From: Promethearchaeota archaeon
GTDB taxonomy: Archaea > Asgardarchaeota > Lokiarchaeia > Sigyniarchaeales > SOKP01
Direction of reading: 5' to 3'
Assembly (NCBI GenBank): GCA_048938445.1
Contig: JBHLME010000046.1
Coordinates: 1 to 33,152, forward strand
Length of the DNA stretch: 33,152 bases
Shown here: one piece after another, positions 19,791-27,748 of the stretch
How positions within the stretch are numbered: position 1 is the stretch's first letter
How the letters are laid out: every line of letters starts with the position of its first letter
Notes under the pieces: model-generated
What the model was told of the DNA's origin: nothing
Seen by the model: the letters and a program-made list of their open reading frames with translations, nothing else
Databases searched by the model: none
Made by a program: the position numbers and the translations under genes

Positions 19791-21320
19791 TTAAGTAATT
19801 AAAAGGTTACCGGACCACCAGTGTGGGAATAATATCCGATTCTTGTAAGCTCTCTCTGGTAACATAGCTGTGGGAGAGGGAGCCCAATTATCCATTAGAG
19901 TTGATGGTTGAGATTCATCTCCATAATACCATCCCGGTACTAATGGATTGCTATAGTTGAAATCAAATGCGAATGTAGTCGCATTATTATTTACGGGTTG
20001 CCACTGTCTCCAGAGAGTTTCGGCCAAGCCTTCTGTTTCAGCACTGCCATTATAACCCATATAATCATGATATTGATCAAAAGCAACGCTACTTACAAGT
20101 CCGGGATATGGAGAATCTATATCATAAGTTTCTAAACCCGTTACGATGTTATCAGGAGTGAAACCAGCAAGAGTAATTGCATTTACACCCATTCGGAGAC
20201 CATTATATCCACCAATGCTTGTATAAATTGGATCTGTGGCCCATTGTGCCCGGTAAGCCGCTAGGAATGGTAATAATTGATCACTAATATTTAAATCAGC
20301 ATAAGCGTGGGAAGTAATCTCATACATTCCACCAGTTGATTGTCCAAGTGGGGTTGTAGAATTATATTTTGTTGCATAATCCGTTAAGTAAAAGCTAAAT
20401 TGAGCTAATATGTTAATACCCACTAGTAATGCATCAGGTTTATATATTCCATAGTATGATCCCATAGCGCCTCCAATTGACGTACTAGATACTATCTGAA
20501 TAACAAGCGGACATTGAGCAGTCATTACATTGGTATATAATCCTCCAAAACTATAAGTATCTTTTGTAGAACCCGCAGGTATAGGCACGAGATTGAAGGA
20601 TATTCCAGGATGAACAGCTAATATCTCTTGTTGGACATATAGTGTAACTAATTGTGTCCAATCAAGTTGTTCATATACTAACGTGATATTGTCTACACCA
20701 TACCCAATATGTGTAGTGATATTTTCAATAATTCTATTAGCGATGTATTTTCCCATAACCTCTCCTTGTATTTTATTATTGGTTGGCATGACTCTGAACG
20801 TGTATTTGTAGAAATCATAAGCATCTCCAACTCTTTCCTTACAAAATTTTTCTGATGCAGTACCTGTTATGATGAATGGTATTTTTGCTGTCATCATTAT
20901 ATCTTGATAAGATGAGAATCGTTCAGTTCTAAAACCACCAAGACAGAAATGAGGTGCATGGTTAATCATCCTATATGCGGCAGCATTTGCTTCATCTTGC
21001 GTTCCCAATTGTTCTTTCGTATCTTCTACAACGAGACCAATATAGTATGGTACACCACCTATCACTATACCTCCAGCTAAGTTAATATCTCTAGCAGCGA
21101 TCCACGCCCCTTGATAACAACCTTCACCACTCCAACTCATATCATCCAGAATACCCACTTTAATGGTTTGCGCTAAAGGTTTTTGTTCCTCACCAAAACC
21201 GGGATATTCATAATTATTTACTGGAGGAAGTAACAGATAGATAACGACTCCAATTATTGCTCCAGCAGCAATCGCAGCGATAACAATAATAGCAATAAGT
21301 CTTTGTCTACTTCTTTCCAT
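19791..21320 (-). CDS. ABC transporter substrate-binding protein (LivJ/LivK-like, type I periplasmic binding fold) with N-terminal membrane anchor
   Basis: N-terminal TM helix, then IKVGIL..G..IAARDINLAGGI, LVVEDT, GGFRTE, KIPFIITG, YTFRV. First gene of the liv cluster. ATG 21320 follows a GTGA SD. Confidence 0.88.
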   Translation of the reverse strand: MERSRQRLIAIIVIAAIAAGAIIGVVIYLLLPPVNNYEYPGFGEEQKPLAQTIKVGILDDMSWSGEGCYQGAWIAARDINLAGGIVIGGVPYYIGLVVEDTKEQLGTQDEANAAAYRMINHAPHFCLGGFRTERFSSYQDIMMTAKIPFIITGTASEKFCKERVGDAYDFYKYTFRVMPTNNKIQGEVMGKYIANRIIENITTHIGYGVDNITLVYEQLDWTQLVTLYVQQEILAVHPGISFNLVPIPAGSTKDTYSFGGLYTNVMTAQCPLVIQIVSSTSIGGAMGSYYGIYKPDALLVGINILAQFSFYLTDYATKYNSTTPLGQSTGGMYEITSHAYADLNISDQLLPFLAAYRAQWATDPIYTSIGGYNGLRMGVNAITLAGFTPDNIVTGLETYDIDSPYPGLVSSVAFDQYHDYMGYNGSAETEGLAETLWRQWQPVNNNATTFAFDFNYSNPLVPGWYYGDESQPSTLMDNWAPSPTAMLPERAYKNRILFPHWWSGNLLIT

Positions 21321-21398
21321 TTTTTTATTCACTTATTTTTATTAAATTTTTTTGTTTAAAATTTTATTATTTAAACAAGCAAAATCTTCTTTTGTTTG

Positions 21399-21437
21399 TA
21401 TTTAAAGATTTTCAAAACATTTTTTACGACCGTAAAA
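21399..21437 (-). promoter_or_regulatory. Putative BRE/TATA promoter of the liv operon with an adjacent palindromic operator
   Basis: On the - strand, GAAAATC is followed by TTTAAATA (21406-21399). Palindrome TTTTACG-AC-CGTAAAA at 21422-21437. Confidence 0.5.
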
Positions 21438-21777
21438 TATTTCTTATCGTTGTAAAAACGTTAATATCATTTTAACGAACTTTAATATAAAAGGTTTGTT
21501 GTTTTCCTTTTTTTATTACTATAGTATTTTTAAGGACATCCTTGTAAAAGATCTTTGTCCATTAACCTAAATTGTCACATCTTATTGGAAATATTATAAA
21601 TTATTGGAATTCATTAAAATTTAGTAAAAAGTTCATAAACTAAATCATGAATAATTATTCAACAACAAAAATTTTAATAGTAGATCCTCATAAAAATTGA
21701 TTCAACTCTAAAAAAAATATTATAATCATTACTTACATATTTATAACCAGACCTTCTTAATTGAAATAATGTATTGA

Positions 21778-22464
21778 TTAATCAAGGTTATTAAATTTAT
21801 TATCAAAAAGAGAATATATTTGTAATTTATTAATATTTTCTATACTTTTTAAAATTAGTTGATTTTTGCTATATTTTCCAATTAATTGATCTTTTGAGTG
21901 ATGACCTGTTAATACACCTATAAAGGGGCAATTCAACATATCGGAAAGCAATTTATCTTTTGGATGGTCTCCGATTATTACAAACTCATGATTTTGATAT
22001 TTAGAAAATAATAATTGTTTTAATTTTGGATCTTGTTTACTTTTTATTTCTTCATTTTCACCAATTATATAATCAAAAAAATGATTTATTTTTAAGTGTT
22101 TTAATAGCTTGACTGCCATTTCTTGTTTTTTACTTGTAATTACACCCATAATAAAATCATTGCTTAACTCATGTAATTTTTCTCTAACTCCAGAATATAA
22201 TTTAACTTGATATATCCCCTTTGTTGCATAAAATTCTCGAAATGAGGCAGAAAGAATTGAAGGATTAATGTCGCTTACTTGAGAGAATATTTTATTTAGG
22301 GGAATTCCAATCATTTTTTTTATTATATTTTCGTCTATATTTGAAATTGCATGTTTTTTTAAAGCATATTGAAAAGAATTAACTATTCCTTTCGTATTAT
22401 CAATGAGAGTATAATCTAAATCAAAACTTAATATGATTTTTTTATTTTTAATATTCATTTTCAA
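21778..22464 (-). CDS. HAD-superfamily hydrolase (phosphoglycolate phosphatase-like)
   Basis: Motif I FDLDYTLID, motif II ITSK, motif IV IGDHPKD; alternative ATG at 22458. Confidence 0.9.
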   Translation of the reverse strand: MKMNIKNKKIILSFDLDYTLIDNTKGIVNSFQYALKKHAISNIDENIIKKMIGIPLNKIFSQVSDINPSILSASFREFYATKGIYQVKLYSGVREKLHELSNDFIMGVITSKKQEMAVKLLKHLKINHFFDYIIGENEEIKSKQDPKLKQLLFSKYQNHEFVIIGDHPKDKLLSDMLNCPFIGVLTGHHSKDQLIGKYSKNQLILKSIENINKLQIYSLFDNKFNNLD

Positions 22465-22468
22465 TTAA

Positions 22469-24097
22469 TCATACTTTGGATCTGGAATGATAATTTATTA
22501 GCATGTTATTTCGAAATAATTTTATTAGATACATTATATCCTCAGATCCTTTCATTATTCTTTTCAAATTATAGGGAAAATTTTCCCATCTTACTTCTTT
22601 TCCAATTGAAATCCATTCTAAGATAATGTTGATAATTTTTTTATAATTTCTCACGCTGTAGCTATCAGAATCTATCTCAGACATTATTTCTTTCGCTTTA
22701 ATAGTGTGACCTATGAGAATACTTGAAATAGCTGCTAAAAAGTAGGAATTAACAAGATGGGAAAAACCAACTTGTTTCAAATTAGCTGCGCGATAATAAT
22801 ATTTATACACATTACGAACCATTTCCCTTAAAATTAAATCATTTGCTACATCAAGTTGCTCATAAAACTTAATACTTTCTAAAATTAAGGTAGCTGCTGT
22901 AAAAAATTCTTGATTCTTAAGCCCATCCTCAGCAATTTTATTTAGACCTCTCACAATTTGATTGAAAATGCCAAAACGATTGAATTCAATTTTTCCTTCT
23001 ACAGCAATATCATACGCATTTAAATAACATTCCGTCGATTTGTTAATTTTACCAAATTTCCAAAAATTATCTCCCGCTTTCATAAAATGTTTATAAGCCA
23101 TCTCTAAATTATCAAGTTCTTTAAATATATCACCGGCATCAATATAATTCACCGCAGCATTGTAATAATCGCCTTTTTTTTCAGAATAATTCCCAGCTAG
23201 AATGAAACAAGAGGCAGATTCAATAAGATTATCTTTTAATTCTTGATAACATAGGGCAGCTCCTCGATAATAACGTGCCATTTTTTGATAGTTTTCATCA
23301 TTCCTTTCAAGACTTTTTGATAAATTAATATAAGCTGTTGCCTCTTTTTTCGCATATAACTCATAATTTTTTTTATCATTTAAAATATCATATAGATTTT
23401 TTAAAATTTGCGCTATTTGCGATATAGACATGAAATCATTTTTCTTTTCACAACGATCAAATAAATCTTTAAAAAAATCAATCCCTTCAGAAATTATATT
23501 TTTGGAAGAGGTATAATCATCCAATCCTTCATAACAAAAAGCAACTTGTTGATAAGAAAAAGATAATAGATCATAGTACTCATAATTTTTTGCAAGATCA
23601 ATTACGTTTAAATAATATTCAATGGCGTTCCCATAGTCAAATAATTTTAAATACAATTCAGCAATATTCTCGTAAGTATGAGCTAGTTTTCTATATTCAT
23701 TAAAATCTAGTTGGAGTTGGGTTTCTTGAATCAAATAATCGATACTATTTAAAATAGTTTCCTTTTCAAGATTAAAATCCTCAAATTTCACACGGTAAAT
23801 CTCTGCAATTTTTAAATAAATCTCTGCAATTTCACGAATTTGTGCTTGTCGTCTACATGACTCTATTTGTTTTTCCCATACCCGAATATTTTGTTTATAT
23901 AAGTTAAGTGCTCGAGCATGGTCAACATATTCCACGATTTCAGCTGCCCAATATAAAAATTCTCCCGCTTCAAAATAATCTTCCGACTCCGATATCTCTT
24001 TTGAATATTCGATTGCATCTGAAATGAGTTTTTGAATTTGCTTATTTTTTTCGCTTGTATCTTTTATATTTTGGATCAATCTTACGGAATCTCTCAA
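22469..24097 (-). CDS. TPR-like solenoid protein resembling soluble NSF attachment proteins (alpha-SNAP-like)
   Basis: Repeating A..Y/F..A helices: MARYYRGAALCY, ESASCFILAG, NAAVNYIDAGDIF, MAYKHFMKAGDNF, STECYLNAYD. The frame stays open upstream to 24166. Confidence 0.72.
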   Translation of the reverse strand: MRDSVRLIQNIKDTSEKNKQIQKLISDAIEYSKEISESEDYFEAGEFLYWAAEIVEYVDHARALNLYKQNIRVWEKQIESCRRQAQIREIAEIYLKIAEIYRVKFEDFNLEKETILNSIDYLIQETQLQLDFNEYRKLAHTYENIAELYLKLFDYGNAIEYYLNVIDLAKNYEYYDLLSFSYQQVAFCYEGLDDYTSSKNIISEGIDFFKDLFDRCEKKNDFMSISQIAQILKNLYDILNDKKNYELYAKKEATAYINLSKSLERNDENYQKMARYYRGAALCYQELKDNLIESASCFILAGNYSEKKGDYYNAAVNYIDAGDIFKELDNLEMAYKHFMKAGDNFWKFGKINKSTECYLNAYDIAVEGKIEFNRFGIFNQIVRGLNKIAEDGLKNQEFFTAATLILESIKFYEQLDVANDLILREMVRNVYKYYYRAANLKQVGFSHLVNSYFLAAISSILIGHTIKAKEIMSEIDSDSYSVRNYKKIINIILEWISIGKEVRWENFPYNLKRIMKGSEDIMYLIKLFRNNMLINYHSRSKV

Positions 24098-24171
24098 AGC
24101 ATCTAGATAATTCGTGTAATCACTATATTTATCTTCATCTAAAATTGTTTTATCAACTCCGTAACATTATT

Positions 24172-24190
24172 GACAATTATGAAAATTGTC
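24172..24190. promoter_or_regulatory. Perfect inverted repeat in a divergent promoter region
   Basis: GACAATT-ATGAA-AATTGTC. Confidence 0.4.
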
Positions 24191-24389
24191 CTAATTATAA
24201 AAATCAATAAGTTTTTTTTATAAAATCAATCTAATATTGAAAAATTTGCTCCTAATAATAGACAAAATTAATATGACATTTATATATGATTTATAATACG
24301 GAAGTAATAGAGTTATATCAACTTATAGAGAGAAACATAAATATTTATTAATTAGAAGTAATATTTGTTACTTAGAACATTATAATTAG

Positions 24390-24608
24390 GTGTTAAAAAT
24401 AAAACAATTAGCTGAACTTTTAGACACTGGAATTTATGAAACCTTCACGCCTGAGAGAACAATGACCGTTTCAGATTTATTAAAGGAATTAAACTTGGAA
24501 GGAAAATATTTTGGGATATTAGTGAACGGTAAAAAGGCCGATCCCGACACGAAAATCAGTCCAGAGTCCGAAGTTACGATTCTTCCTCACATTGCGGGCG
24601 GGAAATAA
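24390..24608 (+). CDS. MoaD/ThiS/SAMP-type ubiquitin-like (beta-grasp) protein ending ...GG-K
   Basis: MTVSDLLKELNL, ILVNGK, VTILPHIAGG-K-stop (GGC GGG AAA TAA); 72 aa; exact start uncertain. Confidence 0.9.
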   Translation: MLKIKQLAELLDTGIYETFTPERTMTVSDLLKELNLEGKYFGILVNGKKADPDTKISPESEVTILPHIAGGK

Positions 24609-24613
24609 TAGAC

Positions 24614-24636
24614 TTTATTTTTTTTCTCTCTTTTTT
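24614..24636 (+). terminator. Oligo-T terminator after the ubiquitin-like gene
   Basis: TTTATTTTTTTCTCTCTTTTTT directly after the stop. Confidence 0.5.
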
Positions 24637-24769
24637 ATCTTAATGCAAATGCATTTAAGGTGACAATTTATTATTTAAGAAAAGCTAGTGATTAGTATAA
24701 AAATTAGTCTACTTAGGTGCAAATAAATTAGCTGCTGCTAAATCTCATATAAAAACGATTCAGAACATC

Positions 24770-26104
24770 TTGCTCATAATAAAGAAGCAGACCAATCTGA
24801 ATTTTAGTCATTTTCGAATAAATCTAATTGAAAATAAAATATGTGAGAGGATGAATGCCTTAAAATTAACATCCTTCAAGCAATATTTAATACATCTTGC
24901 TAATAATTCAGAGGAGATTAATTTATTTATTAAAAATTTTATAATTCATTATCCTTTTTTTTTTAATGACTTGGAGTCTTTCAAAGAATTAGAAAAAATC
25001 ATTATTGCATATTTTATTAATAGCAAAAACTATATTAATATCTGGCTTTACCCAAGTTATTCGGGCGAAGAAGCTTATTCTATCGCAATTTTTTTTGAAG
25101 AGTTAATAAGAAAATATAATTTAAATCTGGATTTTAAGATTAATGCATCATATTTTAATAAGTTTACACTAGTTAAAGCTTTAAAAGGGATTTATAGTGA
25201 AAATGAACTTTTAAAGACACCACCTGAGATAATTAACAGTTATTTTAAAAAAAAACGCAAAATTGGTTCAAAGAATTTATTTTTAATTAAGGATTGTATC
25301 AAGAAAAAAGTTGACTTTTTATCAGAAGGAATCATAATGGGTCATTCTAAATTAGTAAAATATGATATCATTTTTTGTAGATTTTTTTTAAATTATCTCA
25401 CAAAAAAATCTCAAGAAAAATTATTAAAAATTTTTGATAACCAATCAAAGCAAGGGTCTTTATTAGTTCTTGGTTTGGGACAAAATTTGCGAGAAATTTC
25501 TTCTAATCTTGAGCCATTAAATTTGACAAGACATATCTATAGGAAATCAAATATATCCCTTAAAAAAATTAAAATACCTAAAATAGTTATACATAGAGAG
25601 CACTTAGAAATTAAATCAAATGAAGATGAATTATATATACCGGCTGCGCAATATGCGATTGTTCATTCAAATCAAAAACCCTCTAATTTGGTAATATATG
25701 GATTAGGATCTTGTATCGCATTAATTCTTCGAGATTTAAAAAGCAATATCCATGGAATGTCTCATATTTTACTTCCAGATTCTTCTATTGCGAGAAATGA
25801 TGAATATTTACACACGCCGCATAAATACATTGACACATCTATAAAAGAACTAAAAAATGAACTAATAAATCATGGAGCACGAGAAGAAAATATAAAAGCT
25901 ATTGTCGTGGGAGGAGCAAGTGTCATTAATGTTGATCATTTGTTAAATAATTCTGAGATTATCTTAAAAGAATTGAAATCATTTAGTATTAAGGTTGAAA
26001 AAAGTGATTTGGGAGGGAGAAAAGGAAGGTCTATTATTTATAATGCAAAGGATGGATCTGTTTTAGTAAAAAAAGCTGGAGAGAATGATTATAGAAGATT
26101 ATGA
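24770..26104 (+). CDS. cheR-cheD: CheR-like methyltransferase domain (degenerate) fused to CheD-like glutamine deamidase
   Basis: aa 1-259 CheR-like: IW..PSYSGEEAYSIA, A.KGIYS, YDIIFCR, LLVLG, IYRK. aa ~285-444 CheD-like: GLGSCIALILRD, GMSHILLP, KYIDTSI, GA..ENIKAIVVGGA, DLGGRKGRSI. Confidence 0.88.
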   Translation: MLIIKKQTNLNFSHFRINLIENKICERMNALKLTSFKQYLIHLANNSEEINLFIKNFIIHYPFFFNDLESFKELEKIIIAYFINSKNYINIWLYPSYSGEEAYSIAIFFEELIRKYNLNLDFKINASYFNKFTLVKALKGIYSENELLKTPPEIINSYFKKKRKIGSKNLFLIKDCIKKKVDFLSEGIIMGHSKLVKYDIIFCRFFLNYLTKKSQEKLLKIFDNQSKQGSLLVLGLGQNLREISSNLEPLNLTRHIYRKSNISLKKIKIPKIVIHREHLEIKSNEDELYIPAAQYAIVHSNQKPSNLVIYGLGSCIALILRDLKSNIHGMSHILLPDSSIARNDEYLHTPHKYIDTSIKELKNELINHGAREENIKAIVVGGASVINVDHLLNNSEIILKELKSFSIKVEKSDLGGRKGRSIIYNAKDGSVLVKKAGENDYRRL

Positions 26105-26304
26105 TAAAGAAATTCTAAAAAATGTATGAATAGAAAATCTATTCAGTATAAAAAAAATGATTTTATGACCTATAAATAATTACTTAAATTAACCGTTAAT
26201 CAAGAACTATTAGGATTCAATCATAACTAAAATATAATATGAAATTTTAATTTTCACCAGTTTTTTTTTTTATTCAGATAATTTCTTTTTTTTGATGTAT
26301 TAAA

Positions 26305-27081
26305 ATGAATGAAAAAAACAAATTAATTTTACAAATAGGAAATATTTTAAGCGTTCTGTTAACAATTATCATAAACATGATAGCGGTATTGCTTCCATTA
26401 AACAACTTAACAACTGGAGAAATTTCTGATATATATCCAAATCTTTTTGTACCTGCAAATATTACCTTCTCTATTTGGAGTATTATCTACTTGTTACTAG
26501 GTATTTTCGCAATCTATCAAGGAAGGGATATTTTCAAGAAAGAAAAAGAAGATTTAGAATTTCTAGAAAAAATTAGCTACTTCTTTATCTTATCGAGTAT
26601 AGGAAACATTGCATGGATCTTTGCTTGGCATTACTTACAAATTGGTTTATCTATAATTTTCATGATAATTATATTGCTTTCTTTAATAATCATTTATTTG
26701 AGATTAGACATAGGAAAATCAGATGCACCTCGAGGAGAAAAATTGTTCATACATGTTCCTATTAGTGTATATTTAGGATGGATCACAATAGCAACAATAG
26801 CAAATATCACAGCATTATTGGTTAGTTTTGGAGTGGAACCTTTTGGTTTATTTGCAGAAATTTGGACGATTTTAATCATAATTGTCGCAATGATGATTAC
26901 TAGCATAATATTATATATCAGAAAAGATATTGCATATTCTTTAGTGGTAATTTGGGCAGCAATTGGAATTTTTTTAAAACAATTAACAGGTAGCATCATT
27001 GTAGCAACAATGGGACTCATTGCTTTTATAATCGTTGGAGTACTAGTGATAGCCACGCTTATTGTAAATTTTATTAAATAA
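26305..27081 (+). CDS. TspO/MBR-related tryptophan-rich integral membrane protein
   Basis: ISD.YPNLFVPA..TFSIWSIIY, N.AWIFAWHY, SVYLGWITIATIAN, LVVIWA..GI; about 8 TM helices. Confidence 0.8.
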   Translation: MNEKNKLILQIGNILSVLLTIIINMIAVLLPLNNLTTGEISDIYPNLFVPANITFSIWSIIYLLLGIFAIYQGRDIFKKEKEDLEFLEKISYFFILSSIGNIAWIFAWHYLQIGLSIIFMIIILLSLIIIYLRLDIGKSDAPRGEKLFIHVPISVYLGWITIATIANITALLVSFGVEPFGLFAEIWTILIIIVAMMITSIILYIRKDIAYSLVVIWAAIGIFLKQLTGSIIVATMGLIAFIIVGVLVIATLIVNFIK

Positions 27082-27243
27082 CAATTTTTTTTTCTTCTAT
27101 TATTATGAAATTTAATATAATCTCTAAAGAATTTTTATTTTTAACTATTCAAAACGAATCTTTAAATAAGTCACTTGAATAATTATATATGGTTTTAAGA
27201 AATTCAATTTCATTAAGAGAGAATAATTGAGGTAAAAGAAGAT

Positions 27244-27663
27244 TTGTTAAAAATTATTGATATTCTAAATTCAGATACCAAGTTTTATACATTCGTTCAA
27301 ATGTTAAAATTATCCGGTGTAATAGATATGCTTCATGGATATGGCCCCTTTACCGTATTAGTGCCAAATAATGATGCTTTTGGAAAAATTCCCTCTAAAG
27401 AATTAACTAATTTATTTAATGATGTTGAGGCCTTGGAGGAATTACTTTTATATCATATAATTCCGGGAAAATATAATACAAATGAACTAATAAGAACCAA
27501 ATCAATTAATACATTACAAGTTCAAAGCATACAAGTTAGTTACCATAAAGGATTCACAGTAAATAATGCCTTGATCATTAATTCATATGTTGATCTTGCC
27601 AATGGAATAATACATGAGATCGATGAAGTAATAAAAATGCCCGAACTAATGGCTGCTTTATGA
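27244..27663 (+). CDS. Fasciclin (FAS1) domain protein without signal peptide
   Basis: GPFTVLVPNNDAF, LLYHII.G and ANGIIHEIDEVI are the FAS1 H1, YH and H2 motifs; GAGGT SD before TTG. Confidence 0.92.
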   Translation: MLKIIDILNSDTKFYTFVQMLKLSGVIDMLHGYGPFTVLVPNNDAFGKIPSKELTNLFNDVEALEELLLYHIIPGKYNTNELIRTKSINTLQVQSIQVSYHKGFTVNNALIINSYVDLANGIIHEIDEVIKMPELMAAL

Positions 27664-27748
27664 AATAAAAAAAAAGGGACATTATCAAATAAATCCAAAA
27701 AATCTAAGAGATGATTTTAGGATTTCGATGTTTAAATATTCTTTATAA

